This document shows positions 27,244-36,924 of a stretch of 64,000 bases of DNA, in pieces. Below the pieces are notes generated by a model, which saw nothing but the letters and a program-made list of their open reading frames with translations, was not told the origin of the DNA and made no database searches. Source of the DNA: a virus; IMG/VR virus record IMGVR_UViG_3300032516_000005. The stretch is one strand, 5' to 3'. Each line of letters begins with the position of its first letter. Position 1 is the stretch's first letter. Position numbers and translations under genes: made by a program.

Positions 27244-27839
27244 CAGCAATCCTCACGTTTAAGAATCTGCACGGCGAGCTTACGGTGCCCCGCGATCCAG
27301 GCAGCTTCGAACGCCAACCGCTGTTCATCGCTGACCGTTCGACTTCCCGCAAGATCATTCACGCGATGTTTCAATTCCAGCCGCGCGACAACAGCTTGAT
27401 CCAGTTTCGCGCGGCGACTGTCATCATAAAGCCAACGGATACGTGTCGCGATCGCACCCGGCTTGCGCCCGGGGAAATGCCGCAAGAACCCTACGGTACT
27501 GATCACAGCAAAAACAGCGTTCCGCGGATCGTCGTACGGGTAAGCTGCTTCGCATGCTTGATACTGTTCCTGTGCGTTGGCGGCGACATCCCAAGCCGCC
27601 TGGAACCATTCGGGGCTGCCTTTGACAACACCTGCTGCCACTACCTCTGCTTCACGACGTGTTCCTTCTGCTACGAGATCTGTCAGATCACCGCGATTCA
27701 CCTTGAAGCGCGCTATCAGGATGTCCATGACGCTGGCAGGCAACTGTTGGCGGTACACGGTGAGCGCGAGGTCAGCGACGTCGATTGCCAACGCAAGCGC
27801 ATTGGACTGATTGCGCCAAGCGATGTTGGTGAGCTTCAT
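27243..27839 (-). CDS. hypothetical protein with RLAFEAA..AGH C-terminal motif
   Basis: AAGGAG SD. Confidence 0.75.
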   Translation of the reverse strand: MKLTNIAWRNQSNALALAIDVADLALTVYRQQLPASVMDILIARFKVNRGDLTDLVAEGTRREAEVVAAGVVKGSPEWFQAAWDVAANAQEQYQACEAAYPYDDPRNAVFAVISTVGFLRHFPGRKPGAIATRIRWLYDDSRRAKLDQAVVARLELKHRVNDLAGSRTVSDEQRLAFEAAWIAGHRKLAVQILKREDC

Positions 27840-27948
27840 TTAGCTCCTTCGTACTTCGGCATCCCGCGTGCGACGAGAACTTCACAAAGAGCAGCGACTT
27901 CTACGTCCGTTGGGCGCCAGGTATGCAACACCTCTAAACGCCGCCGTA

Positions 27949-28284
27949 TCATGCGTTCGTAGCCCGGGTAGTCTTCTGGTGGCGGTGGTTGATCCAAGTA
28001 CAGCTAGCATCCCGATCGTATTCAGGATCGAGCAGACCGTTGCTCAACACCTTGTGCTTCGTGAACCACTCGCTGGCGATCCGCACGGGCTTACGGTTTG
28101 CTAACTCGATCAGGAGCGTCGCCAGGTACACGTACTCATTGCTGCTTGGCAGTGCCGCTTCACCTCTTAGAAAACCGTCGGTCATGCGACGTGGGACACG
28201 TACGAACCGACCGTCGTCATCGCGGCGATGGACCCAACTCGTATATGAAGATGCACGAGCACTTTCGACGATCCGTTTGATCAC
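27949..28284 (-). CDS. hypothetical protein
   Basis: GAGGAG SD, GTGA coupling. Confidence 0.65.
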   Translation of the reverse strand: MIKRIVESARASSYTSWVHRRDDDGRFVRVPRRMTDGFLRGEAALPSSNEYVYLATLLIELANRKPVRIASEWFTKHKVLSNGLLDPEYDRDASCTWINHRHQKTTRATNA

Positions 28285-28661
28285 GGCTTGTATGTCTCCT
28301 CTTCATCGAGCGTCACGGGCGTGACCTTCGACGGGTGCAAGGCCTTGAGCATCAGCCCAAAGTGATCCAAGCGAACGACTGCCTGCATGTCGCCACGCTC
28401 GTCGAGCAACATGCCGACCAGCACGCCAAACTGCGGCATGCCGGGTCGCTCCTCGACCTTCACACGCACGGCGCCAGCTACGTGCGCCGGAGGCGCGGCA
28501 TTGTTGGCTGACATCGCCTGCGCCCCCCCGCTCCAGATTGCCAACGGTGGCACGTACGGGTGATAGGCACACAGCAACGAATGACCATGCGGCAAGTGCT
28601 CGCCGGCATCAGGCGAAGCCCCGCACACGCGGCAGTAATCGGTCGTCTTGTAGTCGGTCAT
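28281..28661 (-). CDS. hypothetical protein
   Basis: ATGA coupling; CRVC motif. Confidence 0.6.
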   Translation of the reverse strand: MTDYKTTDYCRVCGASPDAGEHLPHGHSLLCAYHPYVPPLAIWSGGAQAMSANNAAPPAHVAGAVRVKVEERPGMPQFGVLVGMLLDERGDMQAVVRLDHFGLMLKALHPSKVTPVTLDEEETYKP

Positions 28662-29263
28662 GGCGTCCCTGTTGCTGCTTTCATTGCCGACGCTACTCGA
28701 ATGCACCTTGCGCGACCGACAAGCAGATCCCCGGCCAGCTCGCGGTGACCGGCCATGAATGCCGCCTCGAACGCGAGACGGCGCCGTTTCTGCGCCTTGC
28801 CCTTCGGGTCGAGCTTGTGACGCAGCTTGCACATGATCTCGAAGGCATCGGCCGGCTTGGTGCCGTGTGCAGCCCAGCATTTTCCGACGAGCACAGCATC
28901 GGCGTAGGCCCAGCCGCAGCCGCGCCAGTCTTCGCCGCCACCGCCAGCCGCTTGGCCGTAAGAGCGCAGCTTCAAACCGAAGTCTTTGCCCTCGTTGTGC
29001 GCGTTCGGATAGACCTCGGCGTAGCGCCGTTCGGTGTTGTCGACGGGGTGTACGTCGAGCGCAGGACCCATCGCGTAGTTCTTGTCGTTGACGTGTAGCG
29101 CGACGCCTTCAAAGACTTCCGTGACATCTTCAAGCGTATTGATCTCTTCTTCGAGGCGACGACGCTGCTTTTCGAGGCCCTTGATCTGAGCTTCAAGCGA
29201 CTTCTGTTCGTGCTTCAGGAACGACAGCTTCGGCAGATCACGGACGATCTCAGCGTTCTTCAT
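28658..29263 (-). CDS. hypothetical protein with coiled coil and RLAFEAA..AGH motif
   Basis: GGAG SD, ATGA coupling. Confidence 0.75.
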   Translation of the reverse strand: MKNAEIVRDLPKLSFLKHEQKSLEAQIKGLEKQRRRLEEEINTLEDVTEVFEGVALHVNDKNYAMGPALDVHPVDNTERRYAEVYPNAHNEGKDFGLKLRSYGQAAGGGGEDWRGCGWAYADAVLVGKCWAAHGTKPADAFEIMCKLRHKLDPKGKAQKRRRLAFEAAFMAGHRELAGDLLVGRARCIRVASAMKAATGTP

Positions 29264-29445
29264 TTGCGGAAGTCTCCGCGCCAGCGCCGGAACGCCATGG
29301 CGCCTGAGTAACCGCCCAACGCACCGATGCTGACTACAAGCACGTTCAACACGACGCGCTCGAAGCCGACGACAACGCCGAAGAAGGCCATCACGAACGC
29401 GATCACGAACGCGATCACGAACGACTTGCTGATGCGGAAGCTCAC
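29260..29445 (-). CDS. small membrane protein with FVIA repeats
   Basis: AAGGAG SD; two hydrophobic segments. Confidence 0.6.
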   Translation of the reverse strand: MSFRISKSFVIAFVIAFVMAFFGVVVGFERVVLNVLVVSIGALGGYSGAMAFRRWRGDFRK

Positions 29446-30095
29446 TTGGTCGACTCCTTGTGCTTGGCCCACTCGGCGATGCCGCGGTCCGTGGCGTAGA
29501 TCTCGCGAACGTCTTGGTAGCTCGACCCGCCGACGAGACCGAGCTTGGACAGGCGCAGGTACGCGGCCTCTTCGTCGCCGTCTTCGACAGGCCAACGGAA
29601 CTTCTTGCTCTTGACGCTGCGTTTGCCGTTCTCGACGAGCGAGCCAAGCAGCTTGATTGCGTCGTGGTCACCGGGAAGCAGCCAGAACGGTAGCGTCGAG
29701 ATCAGGATCTCGCGACCACACGTTGGGCACGGCTTGATCGCCGTCCCCGTACCGTGTTGTGCGTACAACTCACGCGTCGCAGGTGTCGCCGTGTCGCACT
29801 GCTGACAGGCGAAGTACTTGCCGCTGTCGAGCAGGTTCGCGTAACTTCGAAAGTTGTCGTCGGCGGTGAGCCGGCGTTCGCCTGCTTCACGCAGCTTCGC
29901 TTCGATCACCCAGCGTGGTGCCTGGTCGACGATCTCGTAATCGATGCCGCTGTACTTGTCCGAGTGGTTGTACTCCTCGGCCAGCTCGCGGATGACGTCT
30001 TCCGCTTCGTCAGCAGTGACACTACCGTCGACGAGCTGCCATTGCCAGGCGCTGCGGCCCGACGAGAACTTGTGCTGGTACTTGAGCCACTTCAT
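29442..30095 (-). CDS. hypothetical zinc-ribbon protein
   Basis: CQQC/CPTC pairs. Confidence 0.7.
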   Translation of the reverse strand: MKWLKYQHKFSSGRSAWQWQLVDGSVTADEAEDVIRELAEEYNHSDKYSGIDYEIVDQAPRWVIEAKLREAGERRLTADDNFRSYANLLDSGKYFACQQCDTATPATRELYAQHGTGTAIKPCPTCGREILISTLPFWLLPGDHDAIKLLGSLVENGKRSVKSKKFRWPVEDGDEEAAYLRLSKLGLVGGSSYQDVREIYATDRGIAEWAKHKESTK

Positions 30096-30283
30096 CCTGG
30101 CGCACGCCATTCGCGGATCAGGTCCAGCAAGATCGCTGGATCGATGTTGTCACGCAGCTTGTGCAGCGCATCGACGGCGCGCTCACGCATGGTGGTTCCA
30201 TTAGCCGCGCCAATGGCCGCACGAATCGCCTCGCGTGCGAGGCTCTCCCAACGCGCTACACGTTCCTTGTCGTCGTCGGTCAT
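30092..30283 (-). CDS. hypothetical protein
   Basis: ATGA coupling. Confidence 0.6.
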   Translation of the reverse strand: MTDDDKERVARWESLAREAIRAAIGAANGTTMRERAVDALHKLRDNIDPAILLDLIREWRAPG

Positions 30284-30588
30284 GGAATCGCCTTTGCCTT
30301 GACCATGCCCGTCGCACGCATGACCCAGGTCTGAAGCTCCTTGAGCGGCTCGGGCAGCATCGACCGCCGCACGCTCGCAAACGCATCTTCGATGGCGATC
30401 GCTTCGGTTCGGCCCCGGCCAATGTGTGCACCGGTCGCGTGATGCGCGAGCGCGCCACGTACGCCACCGCCGAGATCCGCAAAAATCTGCAGACCTGTGA
30501 TGCCCAGCATCGCGCGCTGCACGGCCAGTTCGCCTAGTGTGGTCTGTTCAGTGATCTTTTTGGGGTCGGTCACTTGCACACCATCCAC
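30280..30588 (-). CDS. hypothetical protein
   Basis: ORF in operon; start uncertain. Confidence 0.6.
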   Translation of the reverse strand: MDGVQVTDPKKITEQTTLGELAVQRAMLGITGLQIFADLGGGVRGALAHHATGAHIGRGRTEAIAIEDAFASVRRSMLPEPLKELQTWVMRATGMVKAKAIP

Positions 30589-30769
30589 TTGCAGGTCGAA
30601 CAGTCCTCGCCGGGATCCTGCGCCCCGAGCCGGCGACCGCAGCGGCAGTAGCGCACGGTCTGGACGGGCTGAGGCAGGTCCAGTGGAGGAGTCTTCGGGT
30701 TCAGCATCACCTGTCGTTTGTAACGCGCCGATTTAGACAAGTCAAGAGCATCGTCGCAACAGCGATCGC

Positions 30770-31147
30770 CTACTGTTTACCGTCGAAGAGTCCCATTCTC
30801 TCGGCGAGTTTGCGCAGTACGTGGCAGGCGTCGGTGCGGCAGAGTGCTGGCATGCTGAACAAGTCTTCGCATTCGTCGTCGTCGATCACGACCAGGCGCC
30901 AGCGCCCTCGACGACCGCTCCACGCGAGCTTGCCCCACGGCGGAAATGGAACGGCAACGGGGCGCCCCGCCGTGTACCGCTCGCGGAATACACGTTCGGT
31001 GCGCGCAAGCGACTGCCCGATCGCGTCGTCGAGCTGGTCAATCCTGCGCTGACCTTCGATGATCCCACGCACGACGTCGTGCAGTGGCGGCGAACCTGGC
31101 GGTGGAACGTACGGCTCGATCTTGCGCTTGCGGCGTGGCGGCATCAC
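30770..31147 (-). CDS. hypothetical protein
   Basis: GTGA coupling. Confidence 0.65.
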   Translation of the reverse strand: MMPPRRKRKIEPYVPPPGSPPLHDVVRGIIEGQRRIDQLDDAIGQSLARTERVFRERYTAGRPVAVPFPPWGKLAWSGRRGRWRLVVIDDDECEDLFSMPALCRTDACHVLRKLAERMGLFDGKQ

Positions 31148-31890
31148 GTCCTCGCGAACCCAGCCTCGCGCTTGGCCTTCGTCCGGTTGTCGACCGGGAT
31201 GAACTCGATGAAGTAACTGCCCGCATCGCAGATCGCGTCGTAGATTTCACGGACGGCACGCGCACCGATCGCTCCTGCGATCTGTTGGTAGGGCAAATTC
31301 GCGAGCCAGAAGATCTGCTCGTCGGTCGCGCACGTGCCGTCAGGCTGGCCGAGCAAGCCGCCGACGAACGTCGCGACGTCGGGGCTGAGCTTGAGCGTCA
31401 GGCGCTTGGCATTCTTCTTCGGCTTGGGGACGGGCTTCGAACGGCATACGGCGGCGCGCCACTTGTTGCCGCCCTCGTCGTACGGCCACGGCTCAAGCGC
31501 ATAGTTCCAGCAGTTGTCTGCAGGACCGCGCTCGCCGTGCTCTTCGCTGAGCAGGCCGCAGGTCTTGCACGGCACGATGTTCCAGTCGTCTGGCTCGTAC
31601 CCGTTGTAGAGGTACGGCGTGACCGCCTCGAATGCCCAGCGCGTCGGATCGACGACAAGGCCTTCGTCTTGAACGTAGATCCAACCGTGCGGCGTGAAGC
31701 CTAGCCTCGCGCGATCAGCAAAGTGACTGTGCGGCGAGATCGGGCCGAGCCAGTGACCGTAGACGGCCGCGCCGCCAGGCACGAGCTTGGCCTCGACGAT
31801 CTTGACCGCGATCTCGTAGCACCGCGCGACCCAGGCTTTTGCCGGCTCGCCAATCGCCTTCTCACAGGCCTGGAGCGTCAACGGCTTCAT
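31144..31890 (-). CDS. hypothetical protein, possibly transglutaminase/papain-like fold
   Basis: RCYE...HGW....VVDPT Cys-His-Asp spacing. Confidence 0.6.
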   Translation of the reverse strand: MKPLTLQACEKAIGEPAKAWVARCYEIAVKIVEAKLVPGGAAVYGHWLGPISPHSHFADRARLGFTPHGWIYVQDEGLVVDPTRWAFEAVTPYLYNGYEPDDWNIVPCKTCGLLSEEHGERGPADNCWNYALEPWPYDEGGNKWRAAVCRSKPVPKPKKNAKRLTLKLSPDVATFVGGLLGQPDGTCATDEQIFWLANLPYQQIAGAIGARAVREIYDAICDAGSYFIEFIPVDNRTKAKREAGFART

Positions 31891-32114
31891 CGCGGGAAGT
31901 GCTTGTCCAAGAGGGCGCGTGCTTCAGCCTCACGGCCGATAGGGCAGTCGATCTCGATGTGAACGTCGTCGTGGGTAACGCCTACGACATGCGGCTTCGC
32001 GCCGATCACAGCCAGGTCAGCTTCGAGAGCTTTGAAGCGATCGAAGGCATGGCGTCCGGTGCCGCAATCAGCGGCCGACGACTGCATGTGGAAGTTGTGG
32101 GGTCGATCCGACAT
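31887..32114 (-). CDS. hypothetical protein
   Basis: GGAG SD. Confidence 0.55.
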   Translation of the reverse strand: MSDRPHNFHMQSSAADCGTGRHAFDRFKALEADLAVIGAKPHVVGVTHDDVHIEIDCPIGREAEARALLDKHFPR

Positions 32115-32277
32115 CACGTGCTCCGTTTCGATGGGTGAATGACCGCGCGTGGCAGGGCCGCTGCACCTGACTGACGGTTCTCGCGGTCCCAGCACGCCTG
32201 GCGCTCTTCCAGCTCGCAGGTGCAGTTCTCGTAGCCCCACGAGACGCACCAGTGCTCGCACTCGTACGGTCGTTCGC

Positions 32278-32694
32278 TCACGCGCGCTCCAGCAGCATCG
32301 CGAGTGCGCACGATCCACAGATTTCGCCCCAGTTGCCCTTGATGCCGAGCCGGTACAAGCGCCAGGTCGGACGGTTCTGGACGTCGTCAGCGCAACGCAA
32401 ACACACGACCCAGCCGTAGCGCGCCGCGATCTCGCTACCGAGCTGCCAGTCATCGGCTAGCGCTGCAGCCTGGATCGCCTCACGTGCATCGGCGTCGCTA
32501 ACACCGTCTTCGATCTCGACGAGCATGTCAGCCAAGCGGGGCGCCGGCCGCGCGATCACGACGGACGTGCCCGCCTCCAACCGATTGTCGTAGAGGCCGA
32601 AGTTCTTGAACCAGTGGACGTGTTTTGTAGCTAGTTCAACGGGACGTGTCGTCGTCGCCGTCGGTTTGTCCGTCTGGAATACCAGCGTCTTCAT
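32278..32694 (-). CDS. hypothetical zinc-ribbon protein
   Basis: CLRC/CGSC. Confidence 0.65.
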   Translation of the reverse strand: MKTLVFQTDKPTATTTRPVELATKHVHWFKNFGLYDNRLEAGTSVVIARPAPRLADMLVEIEDGVSDADAREAIQAAALADDWQLGSEIAARYGWVVCLRCADDVQNRPTWRLYRLGIKGNWGEICGSCALAMLLERA

Positions 32695-32921
32695 CAGTTC
32701 GTCTCGTCGACCTGCGTCTGCTGCCCGAAGTTGCGTTCCCAGTTGGCAGCGTACGGCCGGCTCCAGCCTACGCGTGACGATGCCAGGACGTCATCAGAGC
32801 CAGGTGCGTCGTAGATGATCGCGGTCTCGTCGATGGGTTCGATGCTAATCACGTGCAGACCGCCGCGATCGCATTCGGTCAGCTTGATCTTGAGACCGAT
32901 GATCTTGTTGTTCTCGCTCAC
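32694..32921 (-). CDS. hypothetical protein
   Basis: GGAG SD, TGATG coupling. Confidence 0.55.
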   Translation of the reverse strand: MSENNKIIGLKIKLTECDRGGLHVISIEPIDETAIIYDAPGSDDVLASSRVGWSRPYAANWERNFGQQTQVDETN

Positions 32922-32982
32922 AGCGTTTTTCTCCACGTGTCGATCGCAGCAGCGATCGTCTTGACCAGTGACTCTGCCACGG

Positions 32983-33297
32983 CTACTCCTCGGCGTCGTC
33001 GGGCATCGGCGTGCCGCGCAAGATCGCACGCGCCTCCGCGGACTTCTTGTACAACCCCTTGGCTGCGTCATCCACGAAGCGCAGCACGTGCTCGACCTCG
33101 GTCATTCGCTGCTTGGTCGTCTGCTTGTCGATGATCATGTGCTCGATGAGCCGCAATAGGTCGACGATCTGTTGCTGTGGAAGCTCGCGGCCGTTCGCGA
33201 CCTGCTTGCTGAGCAAGCTCACAAACTCGACGCGGCCGGTCTCGAACGCAACGGCAAGCTCGGGGGGAAGTTGGTAGGTGTCGTCTGATTTCATCAT
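32983..33297 (-). CDS. hypothetical helical protein
   Basis: AAGGA SD. Confidence 0.7.
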   Translation of the reverse strand: MMKSDDTYQLPPELAVAFETGRVEFVSLLSKQVANGRELPQQQIVDLLRLIEHMIIDKQTTKQRMTEVEHVLRFVDDAAKGLYKKSAEARAILRGTPMPDDAEE

Positions 33298-33352
33298 CTA
33301 GGTGTCCTTTGGTTTGGGTTGTCACACGGGCATGGGTTGTCACGCGTGGGCA

Positions 33353-33955
33353 TTACGCCGTCACGCCTTGGCCGGCGAGCAGTGCACAAGCCCCCCGGAA
33401 GTTCTTGATCGCGACGAGCGCGCTCGCAGCCGTCAACGCATTGTCGCTGACTCGAAGCAACACCGTCGTATCTGGCCGATCAGCGCCCGTGAGCAACGCG
33501 AACTCCGCGAGCAGCAGATCGCGTGGCAACGGCAGGTCACCGAACACCTGCGCGTGCAGGACACGCCCGGCAGCCATTGCGAGTGCGCTAACATCACGAT
33601 CACCGCCACGCGTGCGCCGCACGTCCCACATAGCTGCAAAGGCTTCACAGTCGAGGGCGGCCTTCGCAGCCCAGTAGTCGGTCGTGTCACGTTGTTGCCG
33701 TACGACAGGCTTCGTACCCGAGAATCCGACCGCCTGGCCATACCAAACCGCGACCCGTCCGTCCGGTGCCGCGATCGCCGCCGCAACTTCGACTTTCAAA
33801 TCGCTGACGGTCGCATGCGCGACGGTTACCTGCCAGCGTTGAGTCTTGAATGCATAGCGTCCCCACTCTTCGGCGTCGGTGAGATCGAAGTCGACCTGGC
33901 GTGCTAGGCGCGGTTCGATCGGCGGCACGACGATCTTGACGTCGATGATCATCAC
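33353..33955 (-). CDS. hypothetical protein, tandem paralog B
   Basis: PDGRVAVW, LHA.VF.D and AASAL motifs shared with 33952..34518. Confidence 0.8.
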   Translation of the reverse strand: MMIIDVKIVVPPIEPRLARQVDFDLTDAEEWGRYAFKTQRWQVTVAHATVSDLKVEVAAAIAAPDGRVAVWYGQAVGFSGTKPVVRQQRDTTDYWAAKAALDCEAFAAMWDVRRTRGGDRDVSALAMAAGRVLHAQVFGDLPLPRDLLLAEFALLTGADRPDTTVLLRVSDNALTAASALVAIKNFRGACALLAGQGVTA

Positions 33956-34518
33956 CTGCGTCCCGTCACTGTCTTACCGGCAAACAATCGATTCGCACCA
34001 AGCACGTTACCAAGCGCGTACAACGCCGATGCTGCCGCGAGCACATTGGTTGATGCCTTGTGAATCAACGGCCAATCGGGTCGACGACTCCGCGGCACTG
34101 TTAGCAGCTCACGCAGATACACATCGCGTGTCTCAGGTGCGTCATTGAACACGCCAGCATGCAGAATACGGCAAGCCGCCTGCGCTGCTTCGCGCGCCTT
34201 GCTGCGCCGGTCATCCCACAGCATGGCAGCAGTTTGATCATCGGTAGCTGCCGTTGCAGCGCCGCACAGCGTGACCTTGTTCGCGCGCACTCGATCGCAC
34301 CAGACCGCGACACGCCCATCAGGCGACGCAATCGCGACAACGGCCTCGGTGGCGGCCGGATACTTGTAAGCGTTGGCGACGCTACCCCCGTGCGTGGCGT
34401 AATACAGCCACGTCTGCGCAGCGGTCGCTTCGCGACTGAACGTTTCAGCGTCGAAATCGACGCGTCGTACACGCAGGCGCGGCGTAGTCGGCGGCTTGAC
34501 GATCTCGATGACGTTCAC
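33952..34518 (-). CDS. hypothetical protein, tandem paralog A
   Basis: PDGRVAVW, LHA.VF.D and AASAL motifs shared with 33353..33955. Confidence 0.8.
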   Translation of the reverse strand: MNVIEIVKPPTTPRLRVRRVDFDAETFSREATAAQTWLYYATHGGSVANAYKYPAATEAVVAIASPDGRVAVWCDRVRANKVTLCGAATAATDDQTAAMLWDDRRSKAREAAQAACRILHAGVFNDAPETRDVYLRELLTVPRSRRPDWPLIHKASTNVLAAASALYALGNVLGANRLFAGKTVTGRR

Positions 34519-35843
34519 GACGCCGTGCCGCCGCGCAGCGACTTGACGATGTCGCGCCAGAGGTTCTCGATCGCCATCACGTGGTTCTTCTCGCCGTCGC
34601 CGCCCTCGCGGTGCGAGAACTCATGCACCAGCGTCGCCAGCGTCTCGTCGCGGTCGCCGAGCAACCGTGCGGCAACCAGCAAGCGACCGTCCTTGTACTG
34701 GCCCATCATGTTGGCCGACCGGAACTCGACGATGTCGACGAGATCGAGCGTGCAGTTGGACCGGACCGTACCGATCAGCTTGACGCTGTCGAGCAGGTTG
34801 TACTTCTGCGCCTCGCCGAGGTCGCTCCACGACAACGTGCGCACGACCTCCTCGCGCATCGATTTCTGCAGCTCGTCCTTGCTGCCCATCGTCGTCGCGA
34901 GCAGCGCGCCGAGCGGCCGGCTGACGACGATGCCACGCTTGCCGAGATGCTCGACCTCGGCCGACTCCGCGAGCGTCGCGACAGGCACCGCGTCCGCGCC
35001 GAACTTCGCCATGAACTGCTTGGCGATGTCGTTCTTGACCGACTGCGGTGCGTACGACGCGTTGTGCTCCAGGCCCTCAACGTCGCTCTTGCCTTCGAGC
35101 ACCATCGTGAAAATCGTGTTCATCAGGTCGGGGCGCATCGCGGCAGCCGCCGTCCAGATCTGACCGCACTCCCAGCGCAGGTCCCACGACGAGATCATCT
35201 TGCGGTCGCGGTCGACGTCGCAGCACCGGAAGTCGTAGCCCGCATTCAGACGCGGGTCGGTCTGCACGTAGATGCCCTTGACGAACACCTGGCCCTTGGC
35301 CGCCTCGTCGAGCAGCAACGTGCCGCGGTCGGTCACGACGGCCGTGTCAGCCTTGGGCTTGGTGAGGAACAGGAACCGTCCCTTGAGCCCGTCCCAGTCG
35401 TCAGCCGACACGCCCGAGATCTCGACGCGGACGCGCTTCTTGTCCTCGTTGCCACCCTTGCAGTCGAAGCACAGCACGTCCGCGGCGTAGCGCTCGCTCT
35501 TGGCGATGTACGCGCTCCAGACCTCGCCACCCGTACGGATCTTGACCTGGCGACCGCTGCGCACGAGCGCCAGCACGCCGAGCTTGAGCCCCTCGCCGAA
35601 CTTCCCGATCATGTCGCTACGGCCCGTCTTGGACGACGTGCCGAACAGCAGCGACTCGCGCGTCATCTCGGCGCCCTCGTTCTCGATGCGCAGCGTGGTG
35701 CCCAGGTGCGTGACCTTGAGCGGCGCCTCGAACTCGGTTTCGGCATCCTTGCCGTTCTGAATCAGTTCGCGGATGCCTTCCCAGGCGCCCCAGGACGGGA
35801 GGTACTGCACGTTGATCGAGAGTTCAAGCTTGGACATGGACAT
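34515..35843 (-). CDS. GHKL (HATPase_c) ATPase with C-terminal HExxH zincin domain
   Basis: RELIQNGKD, ENEG, GTSSK, IGKFGEGLK; LVHEFSH. Confidence 0.85.
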   Translation of the reverse strand: MSMSKLELSINVQYLPSWGAWEGIRELIQNGKDAETEFEAPLKVTHLGTTLRIENEGAEMTRESLLFGTSSKTGRSDMIGKFGEGLKLGVLALVRSGRQVKIRTGGEVWSAYIAKSERYAADVLCFDCKGGNEDKKRVRVEISGVSADDWDGLKGRFLFLTKPKADTAVVTDRGTLLLDEAAKGQVFVKGIYVQTDPRLNAGYDFRCCDVDRDRKMISSWDLRWECGQIWTAAAAMRPDLMNTIFTMVLEGKSDVEGLEHNASYAPQSVKNDIAKQFMAKFGADAVPVATLAESAEVEHLGKRGIVVSRPLGALLATTMGSKDELQKSMREEVVRTLSWSDLGEAQKYNLLDSVKLIGTVRSNCTLDLVDIVEFRSANMMGQYKDGRLLVAARLLGDRDETLATLVHEFSHREGGDGEKNHVMAIENLWRDIVKSLRGGTAS

Positions 35844-35915
35844 TGCCTCGGAGTGAGTGGGTCGGGGGCAGTCGTCGCCGGGTTCGCAGGTACAGACGCG
35901 CGAGCGCGTCGGGCT

Positions 35916-35931
35916 ATTCACAAAGCGAGAG
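35916..35931 (-). promoter_or_regulatory. early-type upstream element CTCTCGCTTTGTGAAT
   Basis: Upstream of the GHKL gene. Confidence 0.7.
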
Positions 35932-36136
35932 TAAACTCGGGCGCAGCCGCGAATACCTGCTGCCAGGCGCCGTCGCGCGTGCGCACAAAAATCTTGGTGA
36001 CCCGCCCGTCCTCGACGGTGACTTCGCAGATGTTGCGCGCCGCGATCTCGGTTGCGATGTGAATCCCGCAACACGTGCTGCTCATGCCAGGTGCCGTTAG
36101 CTCGATGCGTTCTCCGCTGCTGATCTTGATGTTCAT
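35918..36136 (-). CDS. hypothetical protein
   Basis: GGAG SD, ATGA coupling. Confidence 0.6.
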   Translation of the reverse strand: MNIKISSGERIELTAPGMSSTCCGIHIATEIAARNICEVTVEDGRVTKIFVRTRDGAWQQVFAAAPEFTLAL

Positions 36137-36420
36137 AGCTTCTCCGTCGGTGGTGGTGGTGCATCCGCCGCGTAGGCGACCGTCGTTCGCTTGCCGAGTG
36201 CTTTATCGATTTGCCGCATCAGTTTGGTGCGGCGCGGGTTGGTGGTGCACGACGCTAGCTCGTCGTACGCACACGCCAACAGATCCACGACCTCCAGCGT
36301 CTTCTTCACGCAACTCTGGCAGAGGTCGCGAGCGCCCACGGTCGCGCCGAACGCGCACGTGCCACACATGAAATCGTAGTCGTCTCCGGTGTCGACTTTG
36401 GGAACGTGGTGCCTCGCCAT
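36133..36420 (-). CDS. CxxC hypothetical protein
   Basis: CGTC/CQSC. Confidence 0.6.
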   Translation of the reverse strand: MARHHVPKVDTGDDYDFMCGTCAFGATVGARDLCQSCVKKTLEVVDLLACAYDELASCTTNPRRTKLMRQIDKALGKRTTVAYAADAPPPPTEKL

Positions 36421-36422
36421 GA

Positions 36423-36584
36423 CTAGTGGCTTCCTTCGCGCGGGGGCCGTACTGAAGTCGCAGCAGCTTCCGACCACGAAGTCGTGGCGCCCTTGAGGAG
36501 CTTGCGCATCTGGCCCTCGCGGGCCTTGAGCCAGCGGAACCAGTCGCGGGCGCAGTGGGAGCAGGTTTGATCGCAGGTCTGCAT
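36423..36584 (-). CDS. 53-aa Cys-containing protein (not in the ORF track)
   Basis: Translated by hand (MQTCDQTCSHCARDWF...); directly after the element at 36613. Confidence 0.55.
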   Translation of the reverse strand: MQTCDQTCSHCARDWFRWLKAREGQMRKLLKGATTSWSEAAATSVRPPREGSH

Positions 36585-36612
36585 GGCCGTGAGACGTACT
36601 TGTACCGAGCCT

Positions 36613-36630
36613 ATTCAAACAAAGCAAGAG
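36613..36630 (-). promoter_or_regulatory. early-type upstream element CTCTTGCTTTGTTTGAAT
   Basis: Upstream of the start at 36584. Confidence 0.75.
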
Positions 36631-36637
36631 CAACTTG

Positions 36638-36916
36638 TTATCCCGGGATCTTGTGCCCAAGTACCTGAAATGCGGCTAGTTCGGCCTCGCTGAAGACGTG
36701 CGGCTTGCGCGGTACGGCGTAGCAACCCGAGCGCGGGGTCCGGCCCAAGCCGTTCGCGCGGGCGACGCGATCAGCGTGCGGCGCGGCTCGGGACCGTCCG
36801 CTGTCGGCGGTGCAACCGTATCGCGGCAGGGCAGCGCAAAACGGGCACTCGGCGCAGTACGCGCGGTCCCGCAGGGTCTCGTCAGGTGGGGCGGATCTCA
36901 GGCGACGCTTCGTCAT
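36638..36916 (-). CDS. phage zinc-finger protein
   Basis: CPFC.A.P...C...H..R. Confidence 0.65.
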   Translation of the reverse strand: MTKRRLRSAPPDETLRDRAYCAECPFCAALPRYGCTADSGRSRAAPHADRVARANGLGRTPRSGCYAVPRKPHVFSEAELAAFQVLGHKIPG

Positions 36917-36924
36917 AGGTTCCT

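Noticed and set aside
30590-30770. Possible ncRNA or tRNA in intergenic gaps (also 37600-37708, 39430-39640)
   Set aside because: No cloverleaf or recognisable conserved structure by eye; would need an Infernal/tRNAscan run
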